Source of the DNA: Pseudomonadota bacterium
GTDB lineage: Bacteria; SZUA-182; DTGQ01
Length of the DNA stretch: 64,000 nt
Direction of reading: 5' to 3'
Assembly (NCBI GenBank): GCA_030625085.1
Contig: DAOURK010000006.1
Location: 4,061 to 68,060 of the forward strand
Every line of letters begins with the position of its first letter. Within the stretch, counting starts at the first letter, position 1. Below the pieces are notes generated by a model. It made no database searches. It saw only the letters and a list, made by a program, of their open reading frames with translations, and was not told the DNA's origin. Of the stretch, positions 13,585 to 23,054 are shown one piece after another. A program made the position numbers and the translations under genes.

Positions 13585-14922
13585 TTATTTTTGTATGAGA
13601 TTAATCAGGTGATTTATTTTATAACGTAAGTTGCTATCCTGTTCTATTATTTTATCTATTTTACCACATGCATGCATGACTGTCGTATGATCTTTACCAC
13701 CGAAACAATCAGCGATTTTTGGCAAAGATTGATTGGTAATTTTTCGACAAAGATACATGGCAATTTGACGAGGAAAAGAAATTGCTCTACATCGGTTTTT
13801 TGATTTAATATCAGAGAGAGTAATTGAAAAATTTTTACAGACAATTTTTTGAATAGACTCGATAGTAACGAATTTATCATCAACAGAAAAAAGATCGTTT
13901 AATATATCTTTGGCCATAGCCAGGGTTATTTCTTGTGAATTTAGTGATGAATAAGCCCCTAATTTTACAAGACAGCCTTCCAATTCACGAATATTAGATT
14001 TAATATTATTAGCAACAAAAAAGGCAACATCGTCGGGAAGACCTATACTTTCTGCTTCAGCTTTTTTCATTAAGATAGCGATTTTTGTTTCTAAATCAGG
14101 GGGTTGGATGTCGCAAATAAGGCCCCATTCAAATCTTGATCGGAGACGTTCCTCAATAGTAGGTATTTCTTTAGGAGGGCTATCGCTGGAAATAACAATT
14201 TGTTTATGGGCTTCAAAAAGAGAGTTAAAAGTATAAAAAAATTCTTCTTCTGTTCTTTCTTTTCCTGCAATAAATTGGATATCGTCAATTAATAAAACAT
14301 CAATATTTCTGTAATTATTACGAAAATTATTCATGTTGTCATATCTGATAGAATTAATAAGCTCATTAGTAAATTTTTCAGCTTGAGTATATACAATTCT
14401 AAAATTATTATGTTTATTAATAATAAAGTGCCCAATAGCATGTAAAAGGTGCGTTTTACCCAAACCTGCTCCTCCATAAAAAAAAAGAGGATTATAGGTT
14501 AATGAAGGATGTTCCGCAACGGCTAAAGCTGCAGCATGAGCAAATTGATTGCTTGAGCCGACAACAAAGTTGCTAAAAATATATTTATTATTAAGCGCCG
14601 GCATTACAACATTTTCTATGTTTTTCGAAGGTGTTTTTTTTTGCTCATCTTCTTTATATATAGAGAATGAAGCATCTCGGGTATCTTCATCGATAACTAA
14701 TTCAAGATTTATAGCAAGGGGAGAAATATTATTAAGCGATTGGAAGATAATATCCATATAATGTTCAGTTAACCACGTTTTATAAAATTTATTCGGAACC
14801 TTAACCAGCAACAGGTTCTTTTCATAAGAAATAAATTCTGTTGGAAGAAACCATGTTTTAAAACTTTGATGGTTTATTTTCTCTTTAATTATCTCGAGGG
14901 TTTTTTCCCAAATATTATTCAT
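13585..14922 (-). CDS. dnaA: Chromosomal replication initiator DnaA
   Basis: 445 aa with AAA+ Walker A (GGAGLGKTHL) and a C-terminal DnaA-box binding domain. Confidence 0.95.
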   Translation of the reverse strand: MNNIWEKTLEIIKEKINHQSFKTWFLPTEFISYEKNLLLVKVPNKFYKTWLTEHYMDIIFQSLNNISPLAINLELVIDEDTRDASFSIYKEDEQKKTPSKNIENVVMPALNNKYIFSNFVVGSSNQFAHAAALAVAEHPSLTYNPLFFYGGAGLGKTHLLHAIGHFIINKHNNFRIVYTQAEKFTNELINSIRYDNMNNFRNNYRNIDVLLIDDIQFIAGKERTEEEFFYTFNSLFEAHKQIVISSDSPPKEIPTIEERLRSRFEWGLICDIQPPDLETKIAILMKKAEAESIGLPDDVAFFVANNIKSNIRELEGCLVKLGAYSSLNSQEITLAMAKDILNDLFSVDDKFVTIESIQKIVCKNFSITLSDIKSKNRCRAISFPRQIAMYLCRKITNQSLPKIADCFGGKDHTTVMHACGKIDKIIEQDSNLRYKINHLINLIQK

Positions 14923-14954
14923 TTATCCACAGCTTTATCCACAACTGTGGATAA
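14923..14954. promoter_or_regulatory. Cluster of three perfect DnaA boxes (TTATCCACA x2 direct, TGTGGATAA inverted) immediately upstream of dnaA
   Basis: Read directly: TTATCCACA at 14923-14931 and 14935-14943, TGTGGATAA at 14946-14954. Confidence 0.8.
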
Positions 14955-15148
14955 ATATTTAGATTTAGGGATAGAAAAATAGAGCAAGAAAAGAAAAATC
15001 ACTATTAATTTAATACACAGGGATTTTTTTGTTTTTTCAGCCGATTTGTTTGTCATCCCTATGAGAAGAGTGATATAGTCTTAATAATAATGATTAATAC
15101 TATATCAAAAACAAGATACATTTTCAATGTTTTTTTCTTATGAAAAGC

Positions 15149-15178
15149 TTGACAAAAAATAAGGGTAGAGATTATAAT
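15149..15178 (+). promoter_or_regulatory. Sigma70-like promoter (TTGACA-18nt-TATAAT) upstream of rpmH
   Basis: TTGACA at 15149-15154 and TATAAT at 15173-15178. Confidence 0.5.
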
Positions 15179-15315
15179 TTTTTAAATAAGAAAGTTTATT
15201 GGTTGTCTTGTTAAAAGGCGATCTAAGGAAATTGGTAATTTCGACCAGCAAGAAGGAATTTTATATTTTTTTTTTAGGGAAAGCAAGGAATTATTTAGAA
15301 GGAGGTAAAAAATAG

Positions 15316-15456
15316 TGAAAAGGACCTATCAACCAAAGAAGAGAAAAAGATTAAAAAAGCATGGATTTTTAAAAAGAATGAGTAGTCGCTCTGGAAGACG
15401 AATTATTAATAATCGGCGAAGAAAGGGAAGAAAGAGATTAACCGTTAGTGATTAAT
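15316..15456 (+). CDS. rpmH: 50S ribosomal protein L34. An apparent 1-nt deletion in an A-run breaks the frame after codon 14.
   Basis: AGGAGG, then a 9-nt spacer, then GTG at 15316 gives [14 protein letters not shown]. From 15351 the other frame continues ...[34 protein letters not shown]. Only 5 A are present at 15354-15358 where 6 would restore a canonical L34. Confidence 0.55.
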
Positions 15457-15810
15457 AGACAAAGAAAAGCTTTTTCCTTTCAAAAAAAGGAAAGAATAAG
15501 AAGAAAGAAAGATTTTGAAAAAATTTTTTTACAGGGAAAACGCATTAAAAATAGCTGTTTTGGGATTATCCTAAAAGGTAATACCTTAAATTGTCGAAGG
15601 ATAGCAGTTATTGTTAAAAAAAAAGAATATAGAGAAGCGCATATTAGAAATAAAATAAAAAGGAGGATAAGAGAAATTTACAGGCTAAACAAAGAAAATT
15701 TTCCGGCAAACACGGATTGCGTCATAATCATAAAAGAATCCGCTCATAACTTGTCTTACCAGGAATTACAAAGCAAATTATTAAATTTACTGTTAAAATA
15801 TAAGGCCTAG
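15448..15810 (+). CDS. rnpA: Ribonuclease P protein component
   Basis: Basic 120-aa protein directly after rpmH, with conserved synteny and an RnpA-like sequence. Confidence 0.8.
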   Translation: MINRQRKAFSFQKKERIRRKKDFEKIFLQGKRIKNSCFGIILKGNTLNCRRIAVIVKKKEYREAHIRNKIKRRIREIYRLNKENFPANTDCVIIIKESAHNLSYQELQSKLLNLLLKYKA

Positions 15811-15814
15811 TGGT

Positions 15815-16060
15815 TTGGTTGATGATATGTATTCAAAACTAAAAATTATTATAAAGAATATAATTATTTTTTATATAAAACTATATAAATATACGGTCTC
15901 ACCATGTTTTCCCCCATGTTGTCGATTTTATCCCTCCTGTTCTCAATATGCAATACAATCCATTCAAAAATATGGACTTGGGATAGGGATGTTTAAATCA
16001 ATAAAAAGATTCAGTAAGTGTAATCCATGGAATAAAGGTGGATACGATCCGGTAAAATGA
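15815..16060 (+). CDS. yidD: Membrane protein insertion efficiency factor YidD
   Basis: [11 protein letters not shown] motif. The true start may be the internal Met (MYSKLK). Confidence 0.8.
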   Translation: MVDDMYSKLKIIIKNIIIFYIKLYKYTVSPCFPPCCRFYPSCSQYAIQSIQKYGLGIGMFKSIKRFSKCNPWNKGGYDPVK

Positions 16061-16384
16061 ATCTTATGATTTTTTTCCTTTTTCCCAAGGGACATCTCAC
16101 CATTTAAAGCTTGATAAAACAAATCTCTTTTAACTGAGATATTTTTAATTGTAAACCCGAGGAGATAAATGGTAATATAACTTCTAAAAATTTGGGGGAG
16201 CATTAATTAATTAACAAAACCTTTTTCATTTTTTAATTGCTCTTCCAGCGGATTACTTTTTTTGCCTTCCTCTCATAAATAAGGGATAAAGTCTATGCGC
16301 GAAAATATTGTTAAATGTAAAGAAAAAAATCTATTGACCAGAATAGTGAGCCGCATAAACTTATTAAACTAAGGATACAGGTAT

Positions 16385-18148
16385 ATGGAAAAAAGAGCTT
16401 TACTGGCAGTATTATTGTCTTTGCTGGTTATAATCATTTATCAATATTTCTTTATGCCGGAAATGCCAATAAAGCAACCAGTTCAAAAAGATACAGAAAA
16501 AGAATTAATAGAGCAGGAACCTTTTTTCCCCGAGTTTACAGATAGAGAAGAAGATAATAAAAAAGTAAAACCGGAACAAGACATACTTGATTTATTTGAG
16601 CAACAGAAGGAAACAAAGCCTCGGGAAATTATTATAGATACTGAAAAATATCATGCAGTAATCAATACAAAAGGCGCCATACTTAGTCACTGGAAATTAA
16701 AAAATTATTATTTAACAGAAAAACATGAAACATCTCCCTGGAAGATGAATTTTTGGAAAATGGTGGGAAAATCCTATATTACATATTTCGCACGCCTATT
16801 TGGGGGGGAGAAGCCAATATCCGAAAGAAAAGAAATAGATTTGTTTGCTTCTATTGAAGCAAATAGCGGCCAGGGCTTACGATTAATTGCGGGAAATAAA
16901 CCAAACGAGGGGGCGGATCTTTATAGTGGTGTTTTTGAAACCGAAGCCAACGATGTTTATTTAGACAAAGAACATCCCGAGGAAACAATCAAACTTAAAT
17001 ACCTTACCCGTAATGGTTTTCAGATAGAAAAAGTTTTTACCTTTTATAATGAAAATTATCAGGTTGATACACAAATCGTTACCCAAAATATATCAAATAC
17101 AAAGCTCCTTTCAAATTATAGCCTTCTTCTTGGTCCTGGGCTGGGAAACGCCTTCCAAACGGGAGCTCATAAATTTCAAGGCCCTATTACCTGGAAAGAT
17201 GGGAAAAAAATTAAAGATAAACCAAAGAAAAAAATTCCATTCATTAGGCATCAAGAAAATGTGTCTTGGACAGCCATGACGAGTAATTATTTTTTTGCAG
17301 CTATTATTCCTCGAGAAAAAAATTCAGGGGTCTTTATTCATCGTGCCCCAAGCGAAGTTGAGGATGCGATATCTATTAACAGATCAACCACGATAGGAAT
17401 TTATTATCCCCCAGAAATGCTTGATCCAGGAGGTACTCGACGTGATTTTTATGGGTGTTATTTTGGGCCCAAAAAATATCAAACAGTAAAAATATTAGGT
17501 ATTAATCTTGAGCAAGTAATAGATTATGGATTTTTTAGTTTTCTGGCAAAACCGCTTATCTATACATTAAATGTTTTTTACAAATTTATTCCCAATTATG
17601 GAATTGCCATTATCTTGCTTACAATCATAATCAAAATAATTTTTTGGCCATTAACAGACAAAAGCTTTCGCTCAATGAAAGACATGCAGGAAGTGCAGCC
17701 CAAAATGGCTTCCTTAAGAAAAAAATACAAAGATGATCCCAAAAAATTAAACGAAGAAGTAATGGGCCTATACAAGAAGCATGGAGTAAATCCTATGGGC
17801 GGATGTTTACCCCTTGTGCTTCAGATCCCAGTATTTTTTGCTCTCTATGAAGGGCTCATGGTCGCAATTGAAATGAGAGGAGCACCCTTTATCTTCTGGA
17901 TTAAAGATCTGTCAATTATGGACCCATTGCTTATTACCCCCCTTTTAATGGGGGTAACCATGTATATTCAACAAAAAATGACTCCAATGGCAGGTGATGC
18001 TGCGCAGATGAAAATGATGACCTTTTTGCCCTTGATTTTTACCGTATTTTTTCTTGGATTTCCTTCCGGGTTAGTTATATACTGGCTATTAAACAATGTA
18101 TTAACCATTGGACAGCATTACTGGATCATGAAAAAGATGAAGGCATAA
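16385..18148 (+). CDS. yidC: Membrane protein insertase YidC
   Basis: 587 aa; N-terminal TM, periplasmic domain, and a conserved C-terminal 5-TM Oxa1 core. Confidence 0.9.
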   Translation: MEKRALLAVLLSLLVIIIYQYFFMPEMPIKQPVQKDTEKELIEQEPFFPEFTDREEDNKKVKPEQDILDLFEQQKETKPREIIIDTEKYHAVINTKGAILSHWKLKNYYLTEKHETSPWKMNFWKMVGKSYITYFARLFGGEKPISERKEIDLFASIEANSGQGLRLIAGNKPNEGADLYSGVFETEANDVYLDKEHPEETIKLKYLTRNGFQIEKVFTFYNENYQVDTQIVTQNISNTKLLSNYSLLLGPGLGNAFQTGAHKFQGPITWKDGKKIKDKPKKKIPFIRHQENVSWTAMTSNYFFAAIIPREKNSGVFIHRAPSEVEDAISINRSTTIGIYYPPEMLDPGGTRRDFYGCYFGPKKYQTVKILGINLEQVIDYGFFSFLAKPLIYTLNVFYKFIPNYGIAIILLTIIIKIIFWPLTDKSFRSMKDMQEVQPKMASLRKKYKDDPKKLNEEVMGLYKKHGVNPMGGCLPLVLQIPVFFALYEGLMVAIEMRGAPFIFWIKDLSIMDPLLITPLLMGVTMYIQQKMTPMAGDAAQMKMMTFLPLIFTVFFLGFPSGLVIYWLLNNVLTIGQHYWIMKKMKA

Positions 18149-18160
18149 CATTTCGGAAAA

Positions 18161-19543
18161 ATGGATACTATTGTTGCCATTGCCACTCCGGTAGGTCAAA
18201 GCGCAATTGGAATAATTAAATTAAGCGGCCCTGCCGCCATTGAAATCACTCAAAAAATATACAAAACCAATAAAGGAAACAAGAAGTTAGCTTCCTCCCC
18301 CACCCATACAATTCATTATGGCCATATTATTAACCCCTTGAGTAACAAAAAAATTGATGAAGTACTTGTTTCAGTTATGCGTAAACCACACTCCTATACC
18401 CGAGAAGATGTGGTCGAAATTAATTGTCATGGGGGAAGGTGGTGTTTATATAAGGTTTTGGAATTAGTTTTACAGGCAGGCGCCAGGATTGCCGAACCAG
18501 GTGAATTTACGAAAAGGGCTTTTATGAATGGAAGAATCGACCTTACTCAAGCGGAAGCCGTTATTGATGTAATTAATGTACAAAGCGAGCAGGGACTCTC
18601 ACTTTTATTGAATACCTTAGAAGGGGATACCTTTCAGCCTTTAAATGCCCTTCATAAAGAAATAAATAAATGGCAAACCCTCATTGAAACAGAACTTAAT
18701 TTTTCTGAAGAGTTAGCTTTAGGATTTTCAGTCAAAGAACTAGTAGACGATATTAATCGATGGTCTAAAATAATCAATACCTACATTGATAATTATAAAA
18801 GGAGTAGTGTATTAATTAATGGATTACAAATGGCTATCGTGGGAAAAACAAATGTTGGGAAATCTTCCATAATGAATCGGCTTCTTAAAAAGAAACGCTC
18901 TATTGTTACCAACATTCCCGGAACCACCACTGATATTATTGAAGACAGCTTTTTTTTTGACGGGATTATTATTCGCTTACTTGATACAGCAGGCTTCTGC
19001 CGGTCAAGAAACAAAATAGAAGAAGAAGGCATTCGGCTCACGCGGCAAATCATTGGCCAGGCTGATATAATAATGATCGTATGCGACGGATCGCAGGATT
19101 TAAACCATTATGATCAATCCATATTTGATTTAGTCTGTCGGCACAAAAAACCCTTTTTTATTGTGCTTAATAAAATGGATTTAGGCGACAATGTTTCTTC
19201 TCATTCTTTGATAAAATACAGCAAACGGCAAATTCCAACACTAAAGGTCTGCGCTCTTTCCGGGAAAGGGATTGATCAAATTTCAGGCGCAATTTCAGCA
19301 CTTTGTATTCCGGACCAGAAAGACACTCTTAATGTAAGCATTAATTTTCGGCAAAAACATATTCTTGTTCATATAAAAAAGGTATGCGCAGAAATTAAAC
19401 GTTTGATCAAGAAAGAACAATCTGAAGAGCTTTTAGCTGAAAATTTTCGCAGCCTCAATAAATCATTTAATCAATTTTTTGGCCATCATGCATCAGAAGA
19501 CATCCTCGATCAAATATTTACAAAATTTTGTATAGGCAAATAA
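18161..19543 (+). CDS. mnmE: tRNA modification GTPase MnmE
   Basis: N-terminal MDTIVAIATP..., G-domain GKTNVGKSS, C-terminal C(I)GK motif. Confidence 0.9.
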   Translation: MDTIVAIATPVGQSAIGIIKLSGPAAIEITQKIYKTNKGNKKLASSPTHTIHYGHIINPLSNKKIDEVLVSVMRKPHSYTREDVVEINCHGGRWCLYKVLELVLQAGARIAEPGEFTKRAFMNGRIDLTQAEAVIDVINVQSEQGLSLLLNTLEGDTFQPLNALHKEINKWQTLIETELNFSEELALGFSVKELVDDINRWSKIINTYIDNYKRSSVLINGLQMAIVGKTNVGKSSIMNRLLKKKRSIVTNIPGTTTDIIEDSFFFDGIIIRLLDTAGFCRSRNKIEEEGIRLTRQIIGQADIIMIVCDGSQDLNHYDQSIFDLVCRHKKPFFIVLNKMDLGDNVSSHSLIKYSKRQIPTLKVCALSGKGIDQISGAISALCIPDQKDTLNVSINFRQKHILVHIKKVCAEIKRLIKKEQSEELLAENFRSLNKSFNQFFGHHASEDILDQIFTKFCIGK

Positions 19544-19766
19544 TAAATAGTTCGACAACCCATTGAATTATCGCTAGAAATAAAATCTTCCCTAGAAACC
19601 TCCCGAAAGCTTTTCTTATCATTAATAGTATGGTAAAGTAAGCACCAATCATTTTATATATAATTTAATGGCAAATGCCATAAAATCTAAAGCTTTTATT
19701 GGGTAGCCATTTTATAGTTAACGTGCTGGAAAAAAAGAAAAACCCGATATGTTTGGTTTAATGTAC

Positions 19767-19802
19767 TACAGAAAAAGTTTTCACGTGAAAACTTTTTCTG
19801 TA
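19767..19802. promoter_or_regulatory. Perfect 36-bp palindrome with a parS-like core (TTTCACGTGAAA), 25 nt upstream of parA
   Basis: Read directly: TACAGAAAAAGTTTTCACGTGAAAACTTTTTCTGTA. Confidence 0.6.
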
Positions 19803-19826
19803 CATTACAAAAAAGGTTAAAAAAAT

Positions 19827-20603
19827 ATGGGAAAAATTATTGCTGTGGCCAACCAGAAGGGGGGGGTAGGCAAAACAACCACTGCGGTCAATCTTTCAGC
19901 TTGTTTAGCAATTGCGGAAAAGAAGACCCTTCTCATAGATATAGATCCACAAGCGAATGCCAGTAGCGGTGTGGGATATATGACTGAAGATGCGGAAAAA
20001 ACTATATATCAAGCATTGATAGAGCAAGAAAAGATACATGGTCTTCTTTGTTCAACGCCAATAAAATGGCTTGATTTAATCCCTTCAAACATAGAATTAA
20101 TTGGAGCGGAGATAGAATTAATTTCCGTCTCGAGGCGTGAGTTTCGATTGAAGGAAGCATTGCAAAAAATTCAGGATAAATATGATTATCTTATTATTGA
20201 TTGCCCTCCTTCCCTGGGTTTATTGACCATTAATGCCCTCTGTGCTGCAGATTCGGTTATAATTCCTTTGCAGTGTGAATATTATGCCCTTGAGGGGGTT
20301 ACAAAAATATTAAATACTATTAAACTAATCAAGCAAAATTTAAACCATGAGTTGCAGGTTGAAGGCGTTTTATTAACCATGTTTGATAAAAGAACAAACC
20401 TTTCTAAACAAGTGGTTAAAGAAGTATGTGAATATTTTAAAGAACAGGTTTTTGCTTCGATTGTGCCACGTAATGTAAGCTTAAGTGAGGCCCCGAGCCA
20501 TGGATTACCAATAGTTTTGTATGAAATTCGTTCTTCAGGAGCACAAGTATATTTAAAATTAGCAAAAGAGGTGATAGATCATGTCGAGAAAGGCATTAGG
20601 TAA
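19827..20603 (+). CDS. parA: Chromosome partitioning ATPase ParA/Soj
   Basis: Deviant Walker A KGGVGKTT and typical ParA length. Confidence 0.9.
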   Translation: MGKIIAVANQKGGVGKTTTAVNLSACLAIAEKKTLLIDIDPQANASSGVGYMTEDAEKTIYQALIEQEKIHGLLCSTPIKWLDLIPSNIELIGAEIELISVSRREFRLKEALQKIQDKYDYLIIDCPPSLGLLTINALCAADSVIIPLQCEYYALEGVTKILNTIKLIKQNLNHELQVEGVLLTMFDKRTNLSKQVVKEVCEYFKEQVFASIVPRNVSLSEAPSHGLPIVLYEIRSSGAQVYLKLAKEVIDHVEKGIR

Positions 20604-21435
20604 AGGATTAGGTGCGTTAATATCCAATTTGGGACAAGCACCAATTAATGAAATTTTAGAAATTCCAATTGATCGAATCTCACCTAATCCAGCCCAACCC
20701 AGAAAATATTTTAATGAACAAAAATTAGCAGCGCTAGCTTCGTCGGTTAAAGAGAAAGGGATAATTCAACCTATTCTTGTAAAAAGAGATGATGACGGAT
20801 ATACCATTATTGCAGGGGAGCGAAGATGGCGGGCAGCTCAACAAGTCGGCCTGAATCGACTTCCGGTAATTATTAAAGATGCTTCTGAGAAAGAAGAACT
20901 GGAGTTATCATTAATTGAAAACATACAACGAGAAGATATTAACCCTATTGAAGAGGGAGAAGCATATCAGAAATTGCTGGAATCGTTTCATTATACTCAG
21001 GACTATTTAGCATCTATTTTAGGCAAAGATAAATCTACGGTTTCAAATATGATTCGATTACTCAGGTTAGAAGAACCAATTAAGGAGTATATTAGACAAG
21101 GCCTCTTAACAATGGGACACGCACGCACGCTTTTGAGTATCTTGGATTTTGCAGAAAGATTGCGTATCAGTAAAAAAATCATTCAAGAAGGGCTGTCGGT
21201 TCGACAGACTGAAAAATTAGTTAAGCAGCAGTTGACCGGTAATAAGAAGAAACAAATTTCCGGAGGCGAACCGAATGTTTTTATAGAGGCTTTAGAAGAG
21301 GATTTTAAATCATTATTTGGAACCTATGTAAGAATTAAACATAAAAAAGAAAAGGACAGAGTTAAGGGCAGTATAGAGATTAAATATTCTTCCTCTGATG
21401 AATTGGATAGGATTATATCAGTAATAAAAGAATAG
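20581..21435 (+). CDS. parB: Chromosome partitioning protein ParB/Spo0J
   Basis: ParB N-terminal GLGRGL-like box (LGKGLGALI), the GERRWRAA motif, and an HTH. Confidence 0.9.
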   Translation: MSRKALGKGLGALISNLGQAPINEILEIPIDRISPNPAQPRKYFNEQKLAALASSVKEKGIIQPILVKRDDDGYTIIAGERRWRAAQQVGLNRLPVIIKDASEKEELELSLIENIQREDINPIEEGEAYQKLLESFHYTQDYLASILGKDKSTVSNMIRLLRLEEPIKEYIRQGLLTMGHARTLLSILDFAERLRISKKIIQEGLSVRQTEKLVKQQLTGNKKKQISGGEPNVFIEALEEDFKSLFGTYVRIKHKKEKDRVKGSIEIKYSSSDELDRIISVIKE

Positions 21436-21441
21436 AATAAG

Positions 21442-22713
21442 GTGGATGGATATAGTATAGGGACGGAGATCTTTAATGATGGAGTGGAGTATTTTAGCTT
21501 GAAAAAGGTTGAATTGGTAGCCCCGGCGGGAAATCTGGAAAAATTATGCTTTGCCCTGCATTATGGTGCTGATGCGGTTTATGTAGGGGGCGAAAGGTTC
21601 AACCTTCGTCAGCAGGCTGGAAATTTTACCTTCGATGAACTATGCATCGCCCGTGAGAAGACACAAAAACAAGGAACGAAACTATATATAGCGGTAAATA
21701 TATTCGCTCGCAATCAAGACATTGAAAGCCTTCCTGGCTATCTGGAAAGATTAAATAATTTACATGTTGATGGTTTGATAATTTCTGATCCGGGGGTTTT
21801 TTTGTGTGCTCGGGAATATGCTCCTGATACCCCAATTATCATTAGTACGCAAGCTAATAGTTGTAATTGGAAAACGTTACATTTTTGGGAGCGTTTAGGG
21901 GCTAAAAAGATATGTTTAGCGAGAGAATTGTCTTTGAAGGAGATTAAACATATTCGTGAGAGGACTGTTTTAGAATTGGAAGCCTTTGTTCACGGCGCTA
22001 TGTGCGTCGCTTATTCGGGTAGGTGTTTGTTGAGTAACTATTTTGTCCAAAGGAATAGTAATAGCGGTAATTGTGCTCAGCCTTGCCGCTGGAAATATCA
22101 TTTAGTTGAGGAATCTCGCCTGGAGGATTCCTTGAAAATTGAGGAAGATAGTTTAGGGACATATTTCCTTAATTCAAAAGATCTTTGTATGATAGAGCAT
22201 CTTCCGAAATTAATAGAATGCGGGATAAATTCTTTGAAAATTGAGGGGAGAATGAAAAGCTTTTACTATCTTTCGGTTGTTACTCGCGTTTATAGAGAGG
22301 CAATTGATAGCTATTATGAAGACCCCAAGGCATATTGTTTCAAAGAATCATGGCGAGAGGAGTTGATGAAGGTAAATCACCGGGGATATACTACAGGGTT
22401 CTATTTTGATTCATATCCTCAAGACACTCAATTGTATAGTCATTCTGCACATCGGTGTAAATATCGAATGACTGGCTTTGTTTGTCATAAGAGTGATAAT
22501 CATAAAACAAAAATCGATGTACGAAACCAGATATCAATTGGCGATATCATAGAAATTTTCAGTAAATCCGCAGAATGCTCTTTCGTTAAGGTAATAAGGT
22601 TGTGGAATACTGAATTGGAGCCGGTAGAAACCTTACATCCGGGAACAGTGGGGTTTTTAGAAGCGGACAAGCCGCTTAAAGAATTTGATATACTCCGAAA
22701 AGCCATGGATTAA
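21442..22713 (+). CDS. U32 family peptidase (PrtC/YhbU-like)
   Basis: ELVAPAGNLEKL...CRW...IEGR motifs of peptidase family U32. Confidence 0.75.
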   Translation: MDGYSIGTEIFNDGVEYFSLKKVELVAPAGNLEKLCFALHYGADAVYVGGERFNLRQQAGNFTFDELCIAREKTQKQGTKLYIAVNIFARNQDIESLPGYLERLNNLHVDGLIISDPGVFLCAREYAPDTPIIISTQANSCNWKTLHFWERLGAKKICLARELSLKEIKHIRERTVLELEAFVHGAMCVAYSGRCLLSNYFVQRNSNSGNCAQPCRWKYHLVEESRLEDSLKIEEDSLGTYFLNSKDLCMIEHLPKLIECGINSLKIEGRMKSFYYLSVVTRVYREAIDSYYEDPKAYCFKESWREELMKVNHRGYTTGFYFDSYPQDTQLYSHSAHRCKYRMTGFVCHKSDNHKTKIDVRNQISIGDIIEIFSKSAECSFVKVIRLWNTELEPVETLHPGTVGFLEADKPLKEFDILRKAMD

Positions 22714-22918
22714 CTAAATAGTATAGGCATTTTTATTTTATTTAAGCGGTTTTCCAGCCGATGCCGATCAAAAAGTATATGATTACAATAAGACAAATCG
22801 TTTCCCATTTGGGACAAAATGAAGCAAATATTTACCGATTATACAAAAGACTAAAAGTCCGCAGGGCGTTATACTTGGCAAAGCCATAAATTATGATTTT
22901 CAAAAAATGCTAAATAAA

Positions 22919-22991
22919 CCACAGAGGACGCAGAGGACACTTCAGTTCAGTAATAAAATTTAAAACTCTGTGCTCTCTGTGTCTTCTGTGG
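22919..22991 (+). other. Long imperfect hairpin (22-bp stem, 29-nt loop) in an intergenic region. It pairs well only as plus-strand RNA.
   Basis: Arm 22919-22940 CCACAGAGGACGCAGAGGACAC pairs with arm 22970-22991 GTGCTCTCTGTGTCTTCTGTGG. Pairing gives 18 Watson-Crick pairs, 3 G-U wobbles and 1 mismatch. On the minus strand the G-U positions become C-A mismatches. Confidence 0.5.
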
Positions 22992-23054
22992 TGAAATTTA
23001 AAAAGCGTAATTTATGCCCTCGCTGAGTATAAGTTCATAAAGAGAGAATGAAAA

